Shown: in pieces, positions 9,454-18,862 of the stretch
How positions within the stretch are numbered: position 1 is the first letter of the stretch
Layout: every line of letters starts with the position of its first letter
From: Chthoniobacterales bacterium
GTDB lineage: Bacteria > Verrucomicrobiota > Verrucomicrobiia > Chthoniobacterales > Chthoniobacteraceae
Assembly (NCBI GenBank): GCA_038207335.1
Contig: JBBQZX010000009.1
Span: forward strand, 32,001 to 96,000
DNA: 64,000 nucleotides
Direction of reading: 5' to 3'
Program-made: the position numbers and the translations under genes
Notes under the pieces: model-generated
Told to the model about the DNA's origin: nothing
The model's input: only the letters and a program-made list of their open reading frames with translations
Database searches by the model: none

Positions 9454-10316
9454 CAGCGGGTGAGCCGGTCGAGCGCTTCGAGATACTTTTCGCTCGTCCT
9501 GCAGATGACCTCGTCGGGCAGCGGCGGCGCGGGCGGCGTCTTGTCCCAATCGAGTGTTTCGAGGTAGTCGCGGACGAATTGCTTGTCGTAGCTCGGCGGG
9601 CTGATGCCGAGCCGATGTTGATCCGCGGGCCAGAAGCGCGAGGAGTCGGGCGTGAGGCATTCGTCAATCAGGATCACGCGCCCATCGAGCAGTCCGAATT
9701 CAAACTTCGTGTCCGCCACGATGATCCCGCGCTCGGAGGCAAATGCGCGTCCTTCCTCATAAATCCGCAGGCTCAGCGCGCGGACTTGTGTCGCGACATC
9801 GTCCCCGATGAGACGGCGGCATTCGTCCCAGGCGATGTTCTGATCGTGCCCGCTCTCCGCTTTAGTTGAGGGCGTGAAAATGGTTTCCGGCAGCCGCTCC
9901 GCCTGCTGCAAACCCGCCGGAAGTGCGACGCCGCAGATGCTCTGCGATGCCTGATATTCCTTCCATCCAGAGCCCGCGAGGTAGCCGCGGACGACGCACT
10001 CGACGGGCAGCGGCTTCGCTTTTTTTACGATCATCGATCGTTGCGAAAGCTCTTCCCATCGGCCTTGGACGGCATCGGGGAGATTTGCGAGATCCGCGTC
10101 GAGGAAGTGATTCTCCACGAAATCGAAGCGCGAAAACCAGAAACGCGAGAGGCTGGTGAGCACCTCGCCTTTTCGCGGAATGCCATTGGGCAGGATGCAG
10201 TCGAAGGCCGAGATGCGGTCCGTCGCGACGAGCAGCAGGCGGTCGCCGAGGTCGAAAATCTCGCGCACTTTTCCACTCGCGATTTTTGTGATGCCGGGCA
10301 GGTCGAGGGTGAGCAT
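9453..10316 (-). CDS. purC: SAICAR synthetase
   Basis: GKVREIF, TDRISAFD, ECVVRGYLAGSG, DTKFEFG, DECLTPDSSRFW. Confidence 0.96.
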   Translation of the reverse strand: MLTLDLPGITKIASGKVREIFDLGDRLLLVATDRISAFDCILPNGIPRKGEVLTSLSRFWFSRFDFVENHFLDADLANLPDAVQGRWEELSQRSMIVKKAKPLPVECVVRGYLAGSGWKEYQASQSICGVALPAGLQQAERLPETIFTPSTKAESGHDQNIAWDECRRLIGDDVATQVRALSLRIYEEGRAFASERGIIVADTKFEFGLLDGRVILIDECLTPDSSRFWPADQHRLGISPPSYDKQFVRDYLETLDWDKTPPAPPLPDEVICRTSEKYLEALDRLTR

Positions 10317-10434
10317 TGGGGAAGTTGAAAGCTGGAAGTTGTGAGTTGAGAGAGGCGGATGCGGGACGTCGAGTTTTGAGCGGTTTCAGCCGTGCTCGCG
10401 GGGCGGTTGTCTTGGTAGGTTTGCCGCATACGTC

Positions 10435-11598
10435 ATGACCGAACCTTTCACTTTTAACGCTCCCGCTCGTCTCATCGACTTCATGCGGCAGGCCGATGAG
10501 CCGGGTCTCATCAATCTCGCCGCGGGCATCCCGGGGCTCGATGCGCTGCCGGCGGAAGCTCTGCGCGAAGCATTCGAACGGGCGCTCGCAGGCGGCGGCG
10601 CGGGGTTGTTTGCGTATCATCACCCGGATGGGGATCACGGCTTGCGCGAGTTGCTCGCGGAGCGGCTGCGCGCCCGCGGCGCGGATGTGAGCGGGCCGCG
10701 GCTATTCACGACGACGGGCTGCACGCAGGGGCTCTCAGTGATGCTCTCCGTGATCGTGAAGCCCGGCGATGTCGTGGCGGTCGAGGCTCCCGCCTATTAC
10801 GGGATGCTGGAAATCCTGAGCACTCTCGGCGCGCGAGCGCTGCCGCTGCCGCTCGCGGGCGGAGAAGGGATCGATCTGGAAATCGCCGCCGAGTTTATCG
10901 CGCGCTGGAAGCCGCGCTGCCTCGTGGTCTGCTCATCGCTCTCGAATCCATCGGGCGCAACCATCCCAGAGAGCCATCGGGAGCGCCTCGTGGAGCTGTG
11001 CCGCGGGCTAGGCGTGCGGATCTTGGAAGACGACATTTATGCGGAACTCGTCGATGGCGGTGCGCCGAAACCGATGCTCGCATTCGACGACGGCTCGACG
11101 GTTTCCTACGTGTCGAGTTTTTCAAAATCGATTTCGCCGGGGCTGCGCGTCGGCGTCTGCGCGCCGGGGTCGCTCTTCGATGAGGCGACGGCGCGGAAGT
11201 GCCAGCAGGACTTGCACAGCGCGGTGCCGACGGAGGTTGCGCTTCGCGAATTTCTCGCCAGCGGCGCGATGGAGCCGCACTTGAAACTGCTGCGCGCGAG
11301 GAACTCCCGGCGACGCGAAATCGCGCTCGCGACGCTCGCGAAGAGCTTCCCGCAAGGCACGCGCGTGACCTCCCCGGCGGGCGGCTACATGCTTTGGGCC
11401 GAGCTTCCGCACGCGGTCGATTTTGCGAAAGCGCGAGCCGCCGCTCGCGAGCAGCACGTCGCTTTCGCAGCGGGCGACGTGTTTTTCGCGGCGCGCCCTG
11501 CGACGAGCAGCGTGAGGCTGAACTGCGCGCGTGCCAGCGAGGAGGAATTAGTGCGCGGCCTCGAAATCCTCGGCCCGCTCCTCTCGCCCGACCGCTAA
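10435..11598 (+). CDS. PLP-dependent aminotransferase class I/II (MocR-like catalytic domain, no HTH)
   Basis: NPSG, ILEDDIY, SSFSKSISPGLRVG. Confidence 0.88.
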   Translation: MTEPFTFNAPARLIDFMRQADEPGLINLAAGIPGLDALPAEALREAFERALAGGGAGLFAYHHPDGDHGLRELLAERLRARGADVSGPRLFTTTGCTQGLSVMLSVIVKPGDVVAVEAPAYYGMLEILSTLGARALPLPLAGGEGIDLEIAAEFIARWKPRCLVVCSSLSNPSGATIPESHRERLVELCRGLGVRILEDDIYAELVDGGAPKPMLAFDDGSTVSYVSSFSKSISPGLRVGVCAPGSLFDEATARKCQQDLHSAVPTEVALREFLASGAMEPHLKLLRARNSRRREIALATLAKSFPQGTRVTSPAGGYMLWAELPHAVDFAKARAAAREQHVAFAAGDVFFAARPATSSVRLNCARASEEELVRGLEILGPLLSPDR

Positions 11599-11610
11599 GG
11601 AATCCGTGCC

Positions 11611-11725
11611 GGGTAGCGCACGCGCCCTCGCGTGTTGTCATCGGCGCCCTCGCCGATGATCCGCGCCTGCGAAGAGTGTCCGGCGAAGGCACCAGCCACC
11701 ACACGCGAGGGCGCGTGCGCTACCC
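11611..11725. repeat. REPIN/MITE-like element with 25-bp perfect terminal inverted repeats
   Basis: gggtagcgcacgcgccctcgcgtgt ... acacgcgagggcgcgtgcgctaccc (GTAG-type REP). Confidence 0.8.
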
Positions 11726-11747
11726 ATCGAGCCGTGCGCGCGCCCCT

Positions 11748-11785
11748 AAACGAAAAACGCGCGTCCGTTGCCGGGCGCGCGTTCT
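11748..11785 (-). terminator. Rho-independent terminator of bcp
   Basis: Stem aacgcgcgtccg/cgggcgcgcgtt with GCAA loop and a U-tract on the minus strand. Confidence 0.7.
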
Positions 11786-11808
11786 TCGGAATTCGAGATG
11801 GCTCGCGG

Positions 11809-12327
11809 CTACTGCTTCGCGAGGTTTTCGTAGGCTTCCAGCACGTCTTTCGCGTGCGTGTCTGTCGAGGCTTTCGGCATCGTCCAGACGACTTTCCCGT
11901 CCTTGATCAGAAACGACTGCCGCTTCGCGATCGCCCCGTTGTGCGCGACTCCAAACGCGTCGGCGACCTTGCTGTCGCTATCGGCGATGAGCGTGAAGGG
12001 CAGCTTGTATTTCTCCTGGAATTTCTTCTGCCCCTCCGGCTTGTCGCCGCTCACGCCGAGCACCTGGATTCCTTTGCCCGTCAGCGCCGACCAGTCATCG
12101 CGGATGCTGCAAGCCTGCTTCGTGCAGCCGGGTGTGTCGGCCTTCGGGTAGAAATAAACGAGCGTCGGCCCCTTGGCGTAAACGTCCTTGAAATCGACGG
12201 CCTTCCCGTCCTGATCGACCGCGCTGACCTGCGGCGCCGCAGCGCCTACGTCGAGCGATTCGGCCCGTGCAAAAAGCGCGAGACCGAGGAGGGAAAACAA
12301 TGTGGTGAGTGTGGTGGTGAGTTTCAT
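11809..12327 (-). CDS. bcp: Exported peroxiredoxin, BCP/PrxQ family
   Basis: YFYPKADTPGCTKQAC motif; signal peptide. Confidence 0.9.
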   Translation of the reverse strand: MKLTTTLTTLFSLLGLALFARAESLDVGAAAPQVSAVDQDGKAVDFKDVYAKGPTLVYFYPKADTPGCTKQACSIRDDWSALTGKGIQVLGVSGDKPEGQKKFQEKYKLPFTLIADSDSKVADAFGVAHNGAIAKRQSFLIKDGKVVWTMPKASTDTHAKDVLEAYENLAKQ

Positions 12328-12518
12328 GAGTGAGGAAAAACTCTAACGGCTCGAAGCACCGTAAGTCGCGCGGATTCTCGGATCGCCCCGCTCGCTGCAC
12401 CGAACCGGTTGATTCGACTGACTTCAAAAGAGTGGGAAGATTAGCTTGGCGGCACCTCCGTTGGGCCCCTGTCGGCTGATCGTTTGTTCGGGGCGGCTGG
12501 CGCGCCGGGTGCGCGCTA

Positions 12519-12645
12519 CAGCATACAACCCGCGGTAATGTAAAGCGGCGGGGCGCCGGGAGGCCTCCTTTGGAGAGCCGGTGCGGTGCGCGGAGAAGTG
12601 GCCGGCTGGTCCGCCGCCGCTTTGCATTACCGCTGTTGTATGCTG
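12519..12645 (-). repeat. attC-like long imperfect inverted repeat
   Basis: CAGCATACAAC-AGCGG-TAATGCAAAGCGGCGG ... CCGCCGCTTTACATTA-CCGCGG-GTTGTATGCTG. It has AAC/GTT cores, 5/6-nt spacer asymmetry and is 127 bp long. Confidence 0.5.
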
Positions 12646-12945
12646 AGCGGAGCGCGGGCCTGGCGCGGCGGCTGCCTCCTTGCGCGTTTCGTGGGGGGAC
12701 GAACGCGAGCAGCCGCCGTGACAGGCCCGCGCGCAGCGGTTCGCGCAAGCTCCCGGCGTGACAGCCGCGCGGCGGGAACGGGGCGGGCGGGGGTTAGGGT
12801 CCGCTGCGCGGCCAGCAGGCACCGTGACGCGCGAGGGAGCGGCGCGGTTAAGCGGGGCCGCTCGCTCGCGTGGCGCGATGCCTGCACGGTTGGGGCACGC
12901 AACCCACCCGCGGCGGGACGCCGCCACACTTCAACGGCAAGGCGG

Positions 12946-13755
12946 TTAAGCGCGGCGTTTCGAAGCAATCGCGACGATGGCAAGCAAGGTGAGGATTCCC
13001 ACCACCCACGGCCACACCGGCGCTCCGCGCTCAACGGTCGGCGCGGGACTTTCAGCAACCTTTGGTGCCGACGGAGCAACCGGCATGGCAGTTGGAGTCG
13101 CCATCGGCCGTGCAAACGTAGTCGGGGGCGACTGATCTGGAATAGGACTCGGTGCCTTTGGCAGTTCGGGTTTGGACGCTTCGGCCTCGCGTTGCAACGT
13201 TGCCTGCCAAAACTCAGATTCGTCTGTCCCCATATCCGCAAGCCATGCATCCCGCTTCTTCCGCTCCAAAGTTAGACTCGCATTCGAAGAACGTCGGTGA
13301 ATGGAAAGCAATAACACCTCGTCAGCGACATGCCACCGCAGGACACGGGTAACACTTGTGGACGCATCTTCAAAGTTCGGGACATCTGATAATCTGGCGG
13401 AACCATGCTGCTCTTGGAGTTTGGCTGCCATCCCTTTAAACGCTTCCTCGGCAACAGCAGCTGGAAGTAATGGATCATCAGTCCAGTAGCTGAGAGCATT
13501 GAATTTACCTCCGTCTAACTTGGCACGCCCCGCAAAAGTCAGTCCGAACGCGGAGAGTTTCTTAAGTTTTTGCTCGGTCGCTTTTGAATCTAAAGCGACG
13601 GGCGCATCCAGGTATCGAGCTGCTTTTGCGTTTGTTGGACTGCCTAAGTTCTGCGCGACAATACCGAGGAGTTCCTCGTCGCTAGCCAGCGCGGGGCCAT
13701 ACGCTAGCAACCCGCAGATAAACAGCCCGCTGGTTCGTAGCAAACAAAGATTCAT
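12946..13755 (-). CDS. Exported, C-terminally membrane-anchored protein; candidate immunity protein
   Basis: Signal peptide, Pro-rich linker and C-terminal TM helix plus KRRA. ATGA overlap with the upstream amidase-bearing gene. Confidence 0.7.
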   Translation of the reverse strand: MNLCLLRTSGLFICGLLAYGPALASDEELLGIVAQNLGSPTNAKAARYLDAPVALDSKATEQKLKKLSAFGLTFAGRAKLDGGKFNALSYWTDDPLLPAAVAEEAFKGMAAKLQEQHGSARLSDVPNFEDASTSVTRVLRWHVADEVLLLSIHRRSSNASLTLERKKRDAWLADMGTDESEFWQATLQREAEASKPELPKAPSPIPDQSPPTTFARPMATPTAMPVAPSAPKVAESPAPTVERGAPVWPWVVGILTLLAIVAIASKRRA

Positions 13756-16700
13756 TGGGCGGGTTGTGCGCGAAGGTCATCAATGCTCGCATTCCCCAAT
13801 GCTTTAGCAGCTTCCTCACGCATCCTGTTAGCCGTGGCTGACAAGGTTGCATTTCCCTCGTTGAAAAGGAGATCAGCGTTTGTGTTAGACATCCATTCCA
13901 TCTCGATCAGCGCCGCTCTGCATGGTGTGTGGCCGGCGATGTTGCCGTTATAGTTAGGGGTTGCTGGGTCGGTGCTGTCGGAAAGAGTATCCAGTCCCTT
14001 TTGCAGATTAGCTTCATGCTGCTCCGAAGTAATCCCGTCAGTTGGAGCGTTGCGGCTCGCTTGCGGCTCAACAGCCGCGATTGCCGTCTGCACCCCTTGG
14101 CGTAGTCGAATCGCAAGAGCTTGATCTTCTGCAAGATTAAGGTTGCCAGTTGCGTCCCACATTCCAAATGGATGTCGCCTCAAGGGAACTCCATCTACGG
14201 AGTTGAAGTGGATGCTGACATAAACATCACAACCATTCTCCCTTGCCACTTTCGTCCGGTCAGGGAACGAGACGTTCGCCGTTCCGGTGCGTGTGAGAAA
14301 GACTTTGAGTTGAAGATGTTCAGTGTCTCGACGTCTCCGCAAGTCCGCTGCCATACGCTGCGCAACATCGAGGGCAAAGGCGTGCTCTTGGGCTCCGGTT
14401 GTTACTCCCGTGCCGCCGAGCGCATTCGATCCTCCAGCCGCACCAATTCCGTGACCGGGATCAATTACGATAACGCCAGGCACTTCCAAATCGATGAGTT
14501 CAAGCGGTGAAGTAGTTCCTTCGATCTGAATCTTGATGCGGGCTTTGTTCAGGCCTATTGGCGGAACATTCACTCGAATCGCAGTAAACCCGTCGGCATC
14601 AATGGTCGTTTCCCCTTGTTCTTGAGAGACCCGACGATAGCTGTGAGCAGTAAAAGTTGTTGATGCTTCAAACCGATCCCGGTGAGCTGCTACCGCGCGA
14701 TCCCAGCTACCCCGGAAGACCGGTGGAAGATTCAGACCATTCGGATCAAAGGACCGGGTAAAGAGAGGATCCATCGACCAAGTAACTTTCTTGTCCTTGA
14801 GGGCCGAACCGATCTTCACTTTCAATTCACGCCACGCGATTCGGATGGCAGCCGCGTCGTTTTGGTTGGCAGCGGGATCCCTCTCAACCATCGCATTGGA
14901 TTGAGGGTTTGGTTTCGGTTTCTCAGAGCCTGCAATCTCGTTGCCATCGTCATCCCTGAGCTTGGGCGCTAACTCGACTACTTCCACTGGGAGGAGGAGG
15001 GCGGGGTTGGAAAGCCAAGCAATGTTTTCTGGATCCGACACGGTGCCTTCGGGTGTCCAGAATGTGCCGACGCAATTTCCAGCAGAGTTTATTGCGTTTG
15101 GATAGATGGGAGTCGGCGGTTCGAGGGTCGGGTCTCGAGATTCCGGTAGCGGGAAGGCTTGGAGGGCGACATGGAAATATGGGTCGCTGGGAGTCCATTC
15201 GGCTATGCAATGTTGATTGAGAAGCCACTGCCCTTGGCCGGTGGCATCGGAACCATATACGTCGGCGTAAAAGATGATGCTCGTCCGGTGGGTGATCGGA
15301 TTCGGGTTCGTGATCATTACCGGGTTCGCGTTCTGAAACTGCGATCTCAGTTGTGGGGGAAAGTTATTCATGAAAACTCTCTCTCGTACGGAATCCGATA
15401 ACTCGGATGTTTGGATGAAGCCGAGATACCCCCATCCTTTGCGCGTATGCGATGGGTTGTCTGGGAGTGGGTCCGGAAAGTCCTCGGTCGGATTCTCCCA
15501 CTGGTAACTAATCCCATCATTGAGAAGTCCGATGACCTCCCTTCGGTCATTGATCGCAGTCGGAGTGCAGCGGCCGAGTGAAGTGTAGGTTCCGGCGAGG
15601 TTCCAAATGAGGTTGTCGGTCACCACGATGTTTCCAGTTACAATATCTCTGCCTGTGATGTTTATAATCTCCAAGCCATTCTCGCTTATCGCGACGAAGT
15701 TCGCGCCTTCTATTGCTGTGATCGGAGTGCCAACGAGAAATTGGCGAAATGGCGCTCTTACGAGACCTTCATAGTCATCAAATTCGCCGTGGATAGTCCC
15801 AGGATAGGCAAGCTCCCCCCCTTTCACTCCTGTGCCCGTCACTTTGTAAATGACGCAGCCCATCTCTGGCGTAGTGTCAGCCCATACTCCGTTCCGCAGG
15901 TCTGGTGGAGCTGGCGGATTGTCGTGTGGCAAAGGAATGAGGTATGCAGGTACTGGAACATCGTCAGGTATGCCTCGCTCGTAATTCCACTCGTAATCGC
16001 CTTCCTTTTTTTCCCAAGTATTGCATGAGCCAACAAGTTCTCCCCATGTGGAGACGGAATTGCCAATGTATAACTTTTCTTTAGATACGTCACCATCCCA
16101 AGTTGTTTCTTTCTTGAATTCTTTCACACTGGTGATCGCGCCATCTGCCCACGCACTCGCGATATATCTGTTTGACTGAAAAAATGCGGCTACCCACGCC
16201 ACATGAGTCTGTTCGTCGATCGCCAAAAACTCGTTCTGTCCAGGTTGAACCGGCTCGCCATTAAAGGTGAACTTGCTCAAATCGATCAGCGCATACGCTT
16301 TTACGGGGATGTCTTGACTCCGCAAGGGGTCAGTGGGGTATTGGTCGAGGTAGTCTGGGACGCCATCCCCGTCGCTATCTTGGGCGCTAGTCGGGATATT
16401 TGGATCGGTGCCGTTGGCGATTTCGTCGCCATCGCTGATGCCGTCGCCGTCGGTGTCGGAGTTGTGGGGGTCGGTGTGGATGCCTCCACCGTTGTCACCG
16501 CCGATTTCGTCGATGTCGCGGATGCCGTCACCGTCACTGTCGCGGTTGAAATCGAATGCGAAGAGGTTCTTGACTTGGCCGATGTTGACAAGGGTGAAGT
16601 CGTTGGTGCCTGGGGGGGTGAGATTCCACGGGTAGATGCTGCCGAGGCCAACCTCTGCGAGGCGGTCGTAAAAGGGCTTTGCAATGGTTTTGAGTTGAAA

Positions 16701-17075
16701 GAGAGTGACGGCTGCATACTCGTCGTGGGTGACGCCTGACGTGGGAGCCCATGCGGCGACGAGGTTTTCGATTGTTGAGCCGGCACCACCGGGGAGCCTG
16801 CTGAATTCCACGGCGGCTTGGGTGACGATTTGTTTGACTTGGCCGGTATTGGGGGCCGTAAAGTTGTCCACGCTCGGGTAGCTGCCGGGCCATTGGGGCG
16901 TGGAGTCGATGGAATTGGTGCGCTTGATCACGTCGCGAGTGAACCACCAATCGGGGTATTCGGGCGGTTTGTCGAGGGGTATGGGACCCGCGATGCTGAC
17001 GGTGGCGCTCCAGACGAGGAGGAGCAGCCAGGCGGTGACGCGGGTGGCCATGGGAGGGGAGGTGCGATGTTGCAT
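13752..17075 (-). CDS. Secreted multidomain protein: 3x N-x-GQ-x-K repeats, TSP3-like Ca-binding repeats, LLPVE linker, C-terminal N-acetylmuramoyl-L-alanine amidase (Amidase_3)
   Basis: DSDGDG repeats; amidase motifs IVIDPGHG...E, VSIHFNS, AALIEMEWMSN. Start may be ATG 17051. Confidence 0.8.
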   Translation of the reverse strand: MQHRTSPPMATRVTAWLLLLVWSATVSIAGPIPLDKPPEYPDWWFTRDVIKRTNSIDSTPQWPGSYPSVDNFTAPNTGQVKQIVTQAAVEFSRLPGGAGSTIENLVAAWAPTSGVTHDEYAAVTLFQLKTIAKPFYDRLAEVGLGSIYPWNLTPPGTNDFTLVNIGQVKNLFAFDFNRDSDGDGIRDIDEIGGDNGGGIHTDPHNSDTDGDGISDGDEIANGTDPNIPTSAQDSDGDGVPDYLDQYPTDPLRSQDIPVKAYALIDLSKFTFNGEPVQPGQNEFLAIDEQTHVAWVAAFFQSNRYIASAWADGAITSVKEFKKETTWDGDVSKEKLYIGNSVSTWGELVGSCNTWEKKEGDYEWNYERGIPDDVPVPAYLIPLPHDNPPAPPDLRNGVWADTTPEMGCVIYKVTGTGVKGGELAYPGTIHGEFDDYEGLVRAPFRQFLVGTPITAIEGANFVAISENGLEIINITGRDIVTGNIVVTDNLIWNLAGTYTSLGRCTPTAINDRREVIGLLNDGISYQWENPTEDFPDPLPDNPSHTRKGWGYLGFIQTSELSDSVRERVFMNNFPPQLRSQFQNANPVMITNPNPITHRTSIIFYADVYGSDATGQGQWLLNQHCIAEWTPSDPYFHVALQAFPLPESRDPTLEPPTPIYPNAINSAGNCVGTFWTPEGTVSDPENIAWLSNPALLLPVEVVELAPKLRDDDGNEIAGSEKPKPNPQSNAMVERDPAANQNDAAAIRIAWRELKVKIGSALKDKKVTWSMDPLFTRSFDPNGLNLPPVFRGSWDRAVAAHRDRFEASTTFTAHSYRRVSQEQGETTIDADGFTAIRVNVPPIGLNKARIKIQIEGTTSPLELIDLEVPGVIVIDPGHGIGAAGGSNALGGTGVTTGAQEHAFALDVAQRMAADLRRRRDTEHLQLKVFLTRTGTANVSFPDRTKVARENGCDVYVSIHFNSVDGVPLRRHPFGMWDATGNLNLAEDQALAIRLRQGVQTAIAAVEPQASRNAPTDGITSEQHEANLQKGLDTLSDSTDPATPNYNGNIAGHTPCRAALIEMEWMSNTNADLLFNEGNATLSATANRMREEAAKALGNASIDDLRAQPAQ

Positions 17076-17093
17076 TGGGCGATGGCCTCGAGT

Positions 17094-18785
17094 CTAGGGC
17101 ACTGGGTTGGGACCGAATGCCCCCATGGAGAGGTCGCCTTGGGGCTCGATGTGGACGGGGCCGTCGAAGCGGGCGGTGCCGGCGACGTGGAGCTGGGCTA
17201 GCGGCTGCGCGATGCCGATACCGACGTCGCCGGCGGGGGTGATTCGCACTCTTTCGACGGATGGGACTGGGTTGGCTCCGTTCCCGGTGCCGGCGGTTTT
17301 GATGAGGACGGCACCGCCTTGTCCGTTGCCGAAGCCGTCGCCGCCGGCGATGGAGAGGTCGGCCCCGGCGACGGTTTCGGCAGATGCGCCGGTGGCGTGG
17401 AGGGTGAAGCCGATCGGGTTTGCCGATGCTTTGCCGTTGCCGAAGTAGCCGTTGGCGATGAAGCCGTTCCCGGCGAGGTTGTCTCCTCCGACAATCAATT
17501 GATTGCTGCTGGATGCGGTGATTGAATCGTCTGAGTAAGCTCCGAGGAATATGTTGAATGAACCGAGTAAATTATGCAGGCCTGCAGTATACCCAATGGC
17601 TGTGTTGAAATTCCCGGTCGTATTGCCGATTCCGGCTGCGCTACCAATGAAAATGTTATGAGAGCCCTCCGTGTTCTCGGCTCCTGTCACGGCTCCAATG
17701 AATACGTTCGAGTAGCCCGACGTGTTTCGATAGCCGGTGCTGTCGCCAATAAACTGATTCTCACTGCCGACCGTGTTACCTCTGCCAGCGAAAACCCCCA
17801 TGAAGGTGTTGGCTATCCCAGATGTGTTATTCTCCCCAGCTTGTCGGCCAATGAAATTATTGTAAGTCCCGGTCGTATTATAGTATCCGGACCCAGCACC
17901 CATGAAGTTGTTAAAGGCTCCGGTGGTGTTGAATACACCGCTGTTGACAGAGATGAAATTGTTGCAGTAACCTGTGGTGTTGCTATACCCGGCGTTTCCT
18001 CCCACGAAATTGTTGCAGCTTCCTAAATCGTTGTTGCGACCGGCATTTGCTCCAAGGAAGTTGTTGCCGCCACCTTGCGAGTTTGACAATCCAGCGCCGG
18101 TGCCGGCGAAAAAGTTACCCGCTCCTTGAGAGCCGGGATTTCCCGCGCCCGCGAGGGCAATTCCGTCGGGGCTGCTGCGAGATAAGATTTCGACGCCGTT
18201 GATTTTTAAGGCACCGCCTTGGATGTTGAGGGCAGGAATGGTGAGTGGCGAACCAGCGGTGATGTTGCAGATGCCGTTGTAGCCATTGGCGCTGCTGGCG
18301 AATCTGCTCTCTGTGAGTACATTGGAGCCGTTGATCGTGATGCTTCCGTTGCTGTTTGGATTGAGAGCGATGGTCGGCGTATTCGAATTCGACGGATACA
18401 AGAGTAAATCGTTCGACACATCGAGGGTCATCTGCGGGAAAGAAGTGCCATTGAGATCGGCTTTTTCCCACTGCAGCGCGATCGTCGGCTTGGCTAGGAA
18501 AAATCTTAGAACGGAAGTGGGGAGAGCCGGGTCTTCACCGTAGCTCAGAGTCAGCGCCTGCGATTCTCCAATCTGAGTCGTTGCCCTGCCAAAGTAAAAC
18601 TCGCTGCCTGCAACATCGAGGACATTGTGAAGGGTGGTGGCACCGTTGACATCTAGCGAACCGCCGATGGTAGCATTGCCGTTGACATCGAGCTCGGTGA
18701 AGGATTCAGGGAAGGCAGGAATCTGGGAGGAAAGGAGGAGGGCGATGCAGGTGGTGAGGATGCGGTGGGAGGCTTGTTTTTTCAT
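17094..18785 (-). CDS. Secreted fibre/adhesin-like protein with 14-aa NNFxGxxAGxxNTTG repeats
   Basis: Signal peptide, LDVNG repeats, ~14 beta-roll-like repeats, ERVRITPAGDVGIG..P.AQLHVAG, C-terminal PQGDLSMGAF. Confidence 0.75.
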   Translation of the reverse strand: MKKQASHRILTTCIALLLSSQIPAFPESFTELDVNGNATIGGSLDVNGATTLHNVLDVAGSEFYFGRATTQIGESQALTLSYGEDPALPTSVLRFFLAKPTIALQWEKADLNGTSFPQMTLDVSNDLLLYPSNSNTPTIALNPNSNGSITINGSNVLTESRFASSANGYNGICNITAGSPLTIPALNIQGGALKINGVEILSRSSPDGIALAGAGNPGSQGAGNFFAGTGAGLSNSQGGGNNFLGANAGRNNDLGSCNNFVGGNAGYSNTTGYCNNFISVNSGVFNTTGAFNNFMGAGSGYYNTTGTYNNFIGRQAGENNTSGIANTFMGVFAGRGNTVGSENQFIGDSTGYRNTSGYSNVFIGAVTGAENTEGSHNIFIGSAAGIGNTTGNFNTAIGYTAGLHNLLGSFNIFLGAYSDDSITASSSNQLIVGGDNLAGNGFIANGYFGNGKASANPIGFTLHATGASAETVAGADLSIAGGDGFGNGQGGAVLIKTAGTGNGANPVPSVERVRITPAGDVGIGIAQPLAQLHVAGTARFDGPVHIEPQGDLSMGAFGPNPVP

Positions 18786-18819
18786 AGGTCGAGAGGTTGG
18801 GCGGTGTGAGTTGCGTTTC

Positions 18820-18850
18820 GGGTCGCCAAGAGGGTCGCCAAGAGGGTCGA
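18820..18850. repeat. 12-bp tandem repeat (2.5 copies) in intergenic spacer
   Basis: gggtcgccaaga gggtcgccaaga gggtcga. Confidence 0.7.
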
Positions 18851-18862
18851 TGTTTCCGTCGC

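Noticed and set aside
12424..13275. Arg/Ala/Pro-rich ORFs over the hairpin region
   Set aside because: Low-complexity translations typical of GC-rich palindromic DNA; no recognisable motifs.
13752..18785. Prophage (tail fibre + endolysin)
   Set aside because: Both proteins have Sec-type signal peptides, and there are no capsid, terminase, holin or integrase genes.
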